Made by a program: the position numbers and the translations under genes. The notes under the pieces were generated by a model. The model did not search any database. It had not been told where the DNA came from and worked only from the letters and a program-made list of their open reading frames with translations. DNA of 64,000 bases from the human T2T-CHM13v2.0 reference genome, Homo sapiens. The stretch lies in the NCBI RefSeq assembly GCF_009914755.1, contig NC_060946.1, one strand, 5' to 3'. This document shows, one piece after another, positions 39,191 through 49,538 of the stretch. Positions within the stretch are counted from its first letter, which is position 1. Every line of letters begins with the position of its first letter.

Positions 39191-39429
39191 GCAACTCCAG
39201 GGGACTCACGGTCCAGCCCAGGCCCTTCCCTGTCGACACAGCCCCACAGCCTGTTCCTGCCTCTGTCACCTGCGGCTGCAGGACGTGGCGAGCTCATGGT
39301 GGTGCTGGGCCCCTGGTTCAGCTGAGCTGCTGTCACAAAGGACCCGGCCCGGGGGGTTCACAGAGGACCAGGCCTGGGCGACTCACAGAGGTCCAGGCCT
39401 GGGGGAGGTCACAGAGGACCCAGCCTAGG

Positions 39430-39725
39430 GAACGCACAGACAACAGGATGTTATTTCTTACATCTCCAGCGGCAGGAAGTGCAGAGGCAGAGACAGGCCT
39501 CCCTGGGGTCTGGTGTAGGTCTCTTCTTCCTGATAGATGCCCTCACGTGGTCGCGGAGATGGTGGTGTCCCTGTGGTCCCTGATATAAGGGCAATAACCT
39601 TCCTTCAGGAGGCCCCACCCTCACGACCTGATCACCGCCCAAAGGCCCTCCCTCCTAACACCATCAGCTGGATGACGTTAGGGCTCAGCAAGAATGTTGA
39701 AGGGTACGAATATTCCGTCCCTGTC
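39430..39725 (-). mobile_element. MaLR LTR fragment (MLT1A/MSTD-like)
   Basis: TATAAGGGCAATAACC...CCCACCCTCACGACCTGATCACC...CCCAAAGGCCC...CCTCCTAACACCATCA. Confidence 0.7.
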
Positions 39726-39904
39726 TGTACCCCAGGCAGTGACAGGGCGAGGCCCAGGCTCAGGACCACATCAGCCTCAATGCTCTCGGGCAGGCCCAGA
39801 GGGTGTGGGCCCTGAGGCTCCCAGTGGAGGGAGGGTGCGGAGGCCCAGGGTCCAAGGCTGCCCACTGTCGAAAGGTGACTCACTCCCCCGAGGCTCATCA
39901 GACA

Positions 39905-39956
39905 CCAGCTGCAGACAGCTGTGCCTCCAGCTGCAGACAGCTGTGCCTCCAGCTGC
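39905..39956. repeat. 22-bp tandem repeat x 2.4
   Basis: CCAGCTGCAGACAGCTGTGCCT repeated. Confidence 0.9.
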
Positions 39957-40796
39957 GTGCCTGTGCGTGTACACATATGTGGGTGCATGTCATTGCCCGT
40001 GTGCAACAAGGCTGCAGGGGTTTGAAAAAGTGAATACAAATCCCTGGAGGGAAGAGGGAACGGCGGGGGGGGTCTGGGAAGAAGAGGGGGACCCTCTAGG
40101 AAACCAGCATTAACCGACCCCATCCTTCTGGCACCCCCATCTCCCCATCTCCTCCATGTCTGGCCAGGAAGAACCTCTGTGTAGAATAGAAAAACCACAG
40201 AACACGGAGGTGAGCGCTGTACCCCGAGGACCATGCAGGTGTCATCATAAGCAAGCAGCGTTATGGTCGCAATGACTTGTGTCCGTTAATAAAGTGGCCT
40301 CCAGCGAGGGCCACCCATGGACAGAAAGGCCTCACAGGGCGGCCAGACCCTGGCTGCCCCGAGCATGGAGCTCAAGTGAGTTGGTTCTGAGCAGGAGGAT
40401 CTGGGGGGCCCAGGTGGACAGGGGCTTGGCCTGTCCCCCAGGCTGTGGCCCCATCCAGCCCTCCAGCCCCTGCACTCACCTGCACCCACCCCACAGAGCA
40501 CACCCCTTGTGCCCAGGAGTGGAGCTGCCATCTGGCCTGTGAGCACCATGTTTGGACAGGAATGGGGAAAATTTCATTATTTCCATGATGAAAGAAGATT
40601 GATTTTTCTGCAGTTTCTGGAGATGCTTCTAATTGAGTCTGCTGGCCTTGTGCTTCCAACAGATGCCCATTTAGAAACCTTTCCCAGTTTTGAGCTGTTT
40701 TTCCCCCTCTTTTGGTGGGAAGAGAGCTGAATGCTTGAGTTAATCAGATATTGCAGAAAAGCAATGGGGCTGTGTCCAGCCGGAGGGAGGCACACA

Positions 40797-40985
40797 GTGT
40801 GTCTGGGGCACCTCATGTGTCTCAGGTGCCTGAGTTATCTGGGGTTTCTGGGGTGTCTGGGGTTCCTGGCATTGACTGGGGTACCTGGAGTGTCTGGGGT
40901 GGCTGGGGTGCCTGGAGTGCCTGGCATATCTGGGGTGCCTTTTGTGTCTGTCGTGTCTGGGGTGCCTGGGGTATCTGGGGTGCCA
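40797..40985. repeat. Degenerate 9-bp repeat (GGGGTGYCT)n
   Basis: Repeated TGTCTGGGG/TGCCTGGGG units; explains the GV(P/S) stretch in ORF 40731..41294. Confidence 0.8.
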
Positions 40986-42125
40986 GCATCTAGGCAGCTG
41001 TGGGCAGGCCCAGAGCCACTGGAGCACAGAGGACATTTCAGCCCAAATGCAGAGGACAGGGGTGCTCAGGGAGCTCCAGGGGGTGCCTGTGGCAGATCCA
41101 AGTTAGCTGTTCCAGGCAAGTGGGGTGGAAGGAGGGGTGCAGGGCAGAGGGGTCCTTCCTGGCAGCTATGGGACAGGAAGGGGAGGGCGATGGTCAGCAG
41201 GGGTGGCCAGGGCTGGGTCCACGTCCCTTCCAGCTGCCAGCTCCCTCCAGCCCCTCCCTGGTCCAGACACATAGAAATGCTGACCATGGCATGACAATTG
41301 CAGGGACACATGTAGGAGACTGGAAGGACGGAGCTGCCAGGATCCAGAGCTCAAAGCCGGCCTGGGGGTTGGGGAGGGATGAGAAGCAGCAAAGACTCTG
41401 ATGTGGGCCTCAGGGGCTGGGCTTGAGGCCCACACTGGCATCACAGCCAAGCCACAGAACCGGGCTTGGATGGGAGCTGGGGCCACAGAACCGGGCGTGG
41501 AGGGGAGCTGGGCTGAATGCACTCCTTGCATAAGGTTGGGAGTCCCAGAGAATTCCCTCCTTATGAAAAAGACTAAAAACTTCACAGCCAGTCTGAGGAA
41601 ATGGCAAGGCAGCCAGTCAACTGCCAGGGCTTGGGAAGGAAATAGAAGCCAGCTGAGAGCTTTGCTGGGCACAGACAGGTACTCAACAAGGATTAATATT
41701 TATCAATGGAATGAAAATTAATATTTATCAATGGAATGGTTAGGCCTTGGCCTAAACCATGGATGTGTGTAAAGGTGGGGTTTACATTCCTTGTTCCATG
41801 GGAAGAACTCCTTAAGTTAAAATGCAAACACTCCTAGATTTAGTGGAAACCCCTGCAAGAAGTGGAAATCATGCAAGAAGAGAGTTCCACAAATCAGGGC
41901 ACAAGAGGCTGCTATGAAGAGAACCCACGGGATGTTCTCACAGTGAAGATGAAAACCAGGTTAGGCAGTGACTACTCGAGGCAGCCCTAGGGGCTGGCCA
42001 AAGAACTGGAGAATGTGCACCCCAAAAGCAAGGGAAAAACAGAACTGCTAAGAGATACTTTAAAATAATATGTTCAAAATGTTTAAAGAAAAAAAATACA
42101 GAAACAGTAAGACAAGAATAGGACA

Positions 42126-42447
42126 CTATGCTTGTAATCCCAGTGCTTTGGAAGGCTACGGCAGAAGGATTGCTTGAAGCCATGAGTTTGAGACCAGCCT
42201 GAGCAACAAAGCAAGACCTCATCTCTACAAAAAAAAAAAAAAAAAATAGTGTTAAAAAATTAGCCAGGCACGGTAGATGTACTGTTGTCCTAACTACTCA
42301 GGAGGCTGAGGCAGGAGTATTGCTTGAGCCAAGGAGGTCAAGTCTGCAGTGAGCTATGACTGTGCCACTGCACTCCAGCCTCAATGATAGAATAAGATCC
42401 TGCTTCAGAAAAAAAAAAAGCAAAAGAAAAGAAAAAGAAAAAAAAAG
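42126..42447 (+). mobile_element. AluJ
   Basis: GAGGTCAAGTCTGCAGTGAGCTATGA diagnostics; dimer with A tail. Confidence 0.88.
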
Positions 42448-42469
42448 GACACTAAAAATAAAGGAGGTA

Positions 42470-42853
<384 letters not shown>

Positions 42854-43051
42854 CTAAATAGACAGGCTAAATAGTCAATTAGACACAGCTGAAGAGAAAA
42901 ATTGTGGATTTAAAGGTGGATCTGAGGAAGTCACTTTCTCACAAGGAAAAGGAAAATAAGAAAAGGAAATTGAATGCAAAATTCAACACACATTTTCTAA
43001 GAGTTCCAAAAAAGGGAAAAGAAAGAAAAGAGTGCACAGGCAATGTTTTGA

Positions 43052-43401
<350 letters not shown>

Positions 43402-45172
43402 TGAAGAAAACATTTTCTACTAGAGAATAAATAAAAGCAAATACATGCCTTGATCGTATTGAAATGAAAGACTTCTCATCAACCACAGTGATTGCCGAGG
43501 TCAGTGGGATAATATCTTCAAATCTTCAATGTGCTGACAGAAAGCAACTGTCAATCAAAAATTCTATACCCAGCTAAATTACTCTAGAGTGAAGGTAAAG
43601 GCAGTTTTAGACCAAGATCAAAAGTTTACTATCAGTGAAAGAACTTGATAGAATGTATTTTAAAATGAAGCAATAGGATTCAAGAAATGATCATGATCAG
43701 ATAAATTGGTAAACTTGATAGCAAGTCTAAGTATTGAGTGTAAACGAAGTGCATAATATAGAAGTGAAGGACTTCTATATCCAGCAGTATGGCAGATGAA
43801 GTGCATAATATGAACCAATTGAAAAGGCCTATAAATGCTAGATACAATACGCTTTAAAGATCTTTCTCAGTAAATCACAAAACTATCTGGAAAGTAAGAC
43901 ATCCTCAGAGTCCAGAACCACAGTGAAAGTGGACATCCTGTGAGGTGAATTCACATTGAACACAGGCTCCCTCCCAAAGAAGGGGTGGAGCTCTGGTGAC
44001 CAGACTTCAGGTTCTGACGATGTGGAGAGGGTCTAGGAGGAAATCCACAATGTAAGTGTATTCATGAAAATGCGTATACACACATACATGCACGCACACA
44101 CACACGCATATTTATATGTGTGTAATAGGTATAATACATGTATATATACCAATCAACAGTATTTTAATAGAGTTTGGAATTGCAGATTAAAGGGGAAAGG
44201 AAAGCTTATTCAATAATTGGTGCTGGGAAAACTGGTTAATATCTTAAAAAAATAAGGAAAATTGATTTCTACTTCCTTCATACATAAACATCAGTTCCAA
44301 ATGAATCAAAGACTTACTGGAAATATAAATGTTTACAAAACTTCGAAGGTCAACATAGGAGAACATACTTATGACCATGGCCTAAGGAATACTTTCTTCA
44401 ACAAAACCCCAACAGTGCAAATACTAAGGGAAAAGATTGACAAAGTCTGTGACATTAAAATTCGTCAGGGGCAGCATAAATAGATGGGATGTAGACCCAC
44501 CAACTGGGAAAAGATACTTGCAATGCATTCAGCTGGCATGAATTAGTGCCCAGAATGCATAACTAACTCTACCAAATGAATGAGAAACAATCAAGATTGA
44601 ATGTGAAAGAGGAATATAAGTGGCCAGTTAAGAAGCACTCGGTATTCAGGTGAATGCAAATTAAAACCATCATTTGAAAACGTGTTACAGAACTGTCCAC
44701 AGTCTGGAAACATCAAGCGTTGGTGAGACTATGAGGAAGGTGCCCTGGCGCAGTGAACATCAGTTTGGATCATTTTAAAGAAACTAAGTGAAACTGAGAG
44801 ATGTTGCGGTTGCACAATTGCACGTGCGTTCCTCTGAGCGGCTGGAATGTTGGGCGCGTGTGGCCCCATGAGCAATTTCCAGCATTTCTCACCATAGCAC
44901 AGGTGGAAAAGGGCAGAGTGAGGGGAGTGCTGAGGGGCACCAGGCCTGGCCAAGTCACCCTGCAGGTCAAATGGGGGGCATCACGATCTCCCTGCCCACC
45001 TGTGGGAAGCACTAGAGAAACTCCCACCCTGGGCATGTGGGTCTGTGCAAGAATGCTCAATGTGGCCATTTCTATAATGTTGTGAAAAATGAGAGCAGCC
45101 CAAGCTGCTGGCGGTGGTAGGTTGGATACACCAGCTGTGGTTCATCGAGACGGCAGAACCCCATGCGGCCGT

Positions 45173-45385
45173 GGACAGGGAGGAACCCCAGGCAGCTGTG
45201 GACAGGGAGGAACCCCAGGCAGCTGTGGACAGGGAGGAACCCCAGGCAGCTGTGGACAGGGCGGAACCCCAGGCAGCTGTGGACAGGGAGGAACCCCAGG
45301 CAGCTGTGGACAGGGAGGAACCCCAGGCAGCTGTGGACAGGGCGGAACCCCAGGCAGCTGTGGAGAGGGTGGAACCCCAGGCAGG
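45173..45385. repeat. Minisatellite (VNTR), 27 bp x ~8
   Basis: GGACAGGGMGGAACCCCAGGCAGCTGT at 45173+27n. Confidence 0.97.
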
Positions 45386-46413
45386 TGCTCAGCGTGAGGG
45401 GCTCTCAGGGACATCCCACCAGGAGAGACAGCATCAGCAGGATGTGGGGGCAGGAGTCCCAGCTGGTGATCCATCTAGGACGAGGCGATCCGGCAAGACA
45501 TTGCTTAGGGGTCCTTGCCAATGTGGAAACATTATTTTAAAAGCCAGGGAACGGGAAACAAAATTCATGGTGGCATTTCCCCCGTGGGGGTGGCAGACGG
45601 ATGGAGCTGAGCAGGGCCCCACAGGGCTCTTCAGGAATTCTTGGGTTTTTCTGTCTGTTTATTTGAGGCTGAGTGGCAGATACCCAGGTTGGTTTGCATT
45701 TCTTATGGGTACCATGCACTTAATCTAAACAGCCTTCCATCTATTGAAGAAGAAAGAGTGTGAATCCACACGCCACATGCCTGCACCAGTCGGTCTCCCT
45801 CGGCTGCACGGCAAGCCACCCCCAAGACAGTGGCTTCTCACAGCAGCCATCAGGGCTCTCGAAGCTGTGCACCTGCACCCACTCACATGCCAGCAGCCCA
45901 GGCCAGGCTCAGCGGGGTGGCTTCTGATCTCAACTTGACCCTCACATGTTGCTGGTCAGTGGCCGGCATGACTGGGGCTGGGCTGGTGGAGGCCTGGTGT
46001 GAAGACCCCAGCTGGGGTCCTTGCTGCTCCACAGGCCCGGGCTCCTTTGCCAAGCAGCTCGGCAGGGATCCCACAGTAAACAGGAGGCTCTCAAGCCCCG
46101 GCTGGGCCTCACAGTGATGCTTCCACCACATTCTGTTGGCCAAGCGGCCACAGGCTGGCCCTGGCTGAGGGAGTAGACAAGAGGCAGAGTCCACCCTTTT
46201 ATGGGAAGGGTTGCAAAGAATCAAGGTGGCTTTGCACCCCTGTGAAAGCCTGGAGCCAGGGGGACAGACTCAGGGGCATCTGGGTCTCCCCACGTTTCTG
46301 ATGTGTGGTCCCTGGGCAGAGAAGCTCCCCCTCTCCTGCCCACCGCTGGATCCACGTGTGCCGCCAGGCCCCAGGGAGACCCTGGAGGTCAGGTCCCCCC
46401 TCAAGGCCTCAGG

Positions 46414-46481
46414 GGACAGGGAGGAACCCTAGGCAGCTGTGGACAGGGAGGAACCCCAGGCAGCTGTGGACAGGGCGGAAC
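46414..46481. repeat. Orphan 2.5-unit copy of the 27-bp VNTR
   Basis: Same unit as 45173-45385. Confidence 0.93.
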
Positions 46482-46780
46482 TGGCCTCGGTCTGGCCCCA
46501 GTTCCTGCAGTCTCTCCTGAGCCCCATGGGCTGGAGGAAGCTGCTGCCCACATCGGCCCACACTTAGCTCCAGGCCTTGGCAGCCTGCAGGATCCAGCCC
46601 TCCACTCGGGCCTGCTCTGAAGTCATGGAGCCTTCAGAGGAAACCCTGTCCCTCCTCAGTGTGTCCTCAGCCCAGCCAAGTGGCCGCATCAGGGAGGACC
46701 GTGGACTTCCGTGGGCTGTCCTGCCTGCCTTCTCGCACCACAGTGCTCACTCTCATTCTCACCCTCTCTCTGTCTCTCTT

Positions 46781-47143
46781 TGATATGGTTTGGCTGTGTC
46801 CCCACCCAAACCTCATCTCAAATTGTAATCCCCATAATCCTCCTGTGTCAAGGGAGGGATCAGGTGGAAGTGATTGGATCATGCGGGTGGTTTCCCCATG
46901 CCGTTCTCGTGATAATGAGTGAGTTCTCACAAGACCTGATGGTTTTATACGCATCTGGCATTTCCCCTGCTTGAACTTCTCTCTCCTGCCATCTTGTGAA
47001 GAAGGTCCTTGCTTCTCCTTTGCCTTCCTCCATGACTGTAAATTTCCCGAGGGCTCCCCAGCCATGCTGAACTGTCAGTCAATTAAACCTCTTTCCCTTA
47101 TACCCAGTCTCGGGTATTTCTTTATAGCAGTGGGAAACTGGGC
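46781..47143 (+). mobile_element. THE1-family solo LTR
   Basis: TGATATGGTTTGGCTGTGTCCCCACCCAAA...CAATTAAACCTCTTTCC...CCCAGTCTCGGGTATTTCTTTATAGCAGTG. Confidence 0.93.
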
Positions 47144-47147
47144 TATC

Positions 47148-47358
47148 TTTGTGTCTGTCTCTCTGCTGTGTCTCTCTTTTTGTCTCTCTGACTCTCTCTG
47201 CTGCTCTCTCTGTCTCTATCTCTTTCTTTGTCTCTGCTACTGTCTCTCTGCCTGTCTCTGCCTCTTTCTGCTGTCTCTCTCTCTCTGCTGTTATCTCTGT
47301 CTCTGCTGCTGTCTCTCTCTGTCTCTGCTGCTGTCTCTGTCTCTGTCTCTCTCTTCCT
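47148..47358. repeat. (TC)/(TCTG)-rich low-complexity tract
   Basis: Visible directly. Confidence 0.9.
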
Positions 47359-49243
47359 CTCAGGCCCCCTCTCACCCTCAGCCCCTACGGTCTGACAGCC
47401 CTGACTGTCCTTTGCCCCCCAGAGGGGTGACCAGTGTCCTTGCTGTGGACGCTCCAGGATGGGTTATAGAGGAGAAGACTCCCATGTGCTTTTAAGAACC
47501 AACTGATGTCCTTTTTTGAGGGAAAAAAATATTGATTGCTGATATCTGCAATAATGAACCCCAGCAAATTACACAAATTACCTCAGACGGCCTCCTGACA
47601 AGTGTCATCCCCAGAGGCGTCCACAGAAATGTCATTTGCCGAACTCATATTAAACATCCTCCAAGACAGATTTAAAATAACTTTGGAGGTAAAAGTCTAA
47701 GTTGCACAGACATAAAAATGACAACATATGCTAGCTGGAATTATATATTTGTGAATTAATTCTTGCATAAAATTAGAATTTGAGGACTCAACTGCAATGC
47801 TGTACATTTTTGTTGTTAGCAATTATCTTGTAACCAATTTGAATCTATACTCAAAAACTTCATTTACATGTTTCTCACAATGTGCTGTGTAAGGGAAATT
47901 GGCCCTTTAAGAAAACAACTTAAGGGAAGTTTATCGTTTTTTAAAGTCTGAAGCTGTCTGCGCAATTTGAAGCTGCTGAGAGCCATGGGATGAGGAGGCG
48001 GAGCTAGGAGAAAAACTGTATTTGAATCATGGGAAATCTGGAGCTCAAAGCCACAGGAAGCTGAGGAGAAAGGTGTTTGGGTACATGCTAACTCAAGGCT
48101 AGCCCTGGCCCCCTGTAGCCACTACTGCAGGTAATAGTGCTTGTGTTAACCCCATCAATAACAGACTACAAGCTTACATGTGGGGTTAAAATTCACTGCT
48201 CAGATGTTGGTGTTCAGACTTCAACACTGCCCCCTGGTGGCAAGAGATTCAAAATGCAGGAAAAGACGGAAAATAGCTGCGGAGTTGTTTTGTTTCGTTT
48301 TGTTAGTACTGAATGGCAAATCTCAATATATAACAATGTAGGGAATTAATGTTCCTTTGCCCCTCTGTCTTTTTCATTTGCTTCATCTGAACAGCACTAA
48401 CTGATGGTGCCGTTGTAATGAGAACCAGAGGAGGGGCCTTTGGCTGTTGGACACCCAACAGTAGACCTGGGTGAAGTGTGTGCCTGTCCCTTGAGGCTCA
48501 ACAAGACACTGCAGTGCTTTATCACTGAAGCGTGAGAAGCCCTGGATCCAGAGACTGCTGAGAAGGGAGTCCCCAGAATGGGTGTGATGGCCCTCCTGCA
48601 GTGCAGGCAATCCCCTTGCTACATGTGACATTGGTTCAACCAACAGTTTTAGGTGCTTTGGGAATTTGGGTTCCTCCAGGATGAATCTCCCCAAACCCCA
48701 ACATGCTGGAGTAGAATCAGGAAAGATTTGCTGCATTTCTAAGATGAAGAAATTTGGAGAAATTAGAACCTTTTTTCCCATCTTAAGTTTCCCTCCCATC
48801 TTTCAAGACAAGCAGAGGTTAAAGATGAACTTCTGTGAGTTCTCTGAGAATGGCTGAAACTCTTGCTTTTGTGAAATGTTCTGATCTCATTACAAGCAGG
48901 GAATCTACCTTAAGCCCTGGGTTTAAAACAAAATGACCTGTCTTTCCTGATCTCCCTGCAAAGTGGGGCAGGTTTTGGCACTGGGCTTCAGTCTCATCAG
49001 CCCCTGAGTCCTGGCACAGAACAACTTCTAGAGTGTTGACTTCACATCCCAGTTTACTTAAGAAATCAGTCACTCTCCCCTAGATTTTTTTAAATGACTT
49101 GTGTTTGACATCTCTTCTCTTTGGAAAACAGTTTCCCTAGATGCAGAATCTGATAAATAAATTGCAGTCTCTTATGTCTTTTATATTATTTCCTAAATAT
49201 TTTTGCTCATTATATTTTTACAGTTTCACATGCTTTTTTGATT

Positions 49244-49538
49244 TTTTGGGGGGTGGGGGACAGAGTCTTGCTCTGTCGCCCAGGCTGGAGTGCAATGGCG
49301 CAATCTCGGCTCACTGCAACCTTCACCTCCCAGGTTAAAGTGATTCTCCTGCCTCAGCCTCCCAAGTGGCTGGGATTACAGGTGCCCACCACCACACCCG
49401 GCTAATTTTTGTATTTTTAGTAGAGATGGGGTTTCACCATGTTGGCCAGGCTGGTCTCCAACTGCCGACCTCAGGTGATCTGCCTACCTCAGCCTCCCAA
49501 AGTGCTGAGATTATAGACATGAGCCATTGCACCTGGCC
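49244..49538 (-). mobile_element. AluS
   Basis: Antisense dimer whose tail is largely converted to a G run; TSD TTTGATTT. Confidence 0.92.

Noticed and set aside
40731-41294. Elastin/collagen-like GV(P/S) ORF
   Set aside because: It derives from a degenerate 9-bp DNA repeat and has no splice or promoter support.
45089-45728. Repeat peptides (GQGGTPGSC)n and (EEPQAAVDR)n
   Set aside because: The 27-bp unit is a multiple of 3 with no stops, so all frames are open. There is no evidence of a gene.
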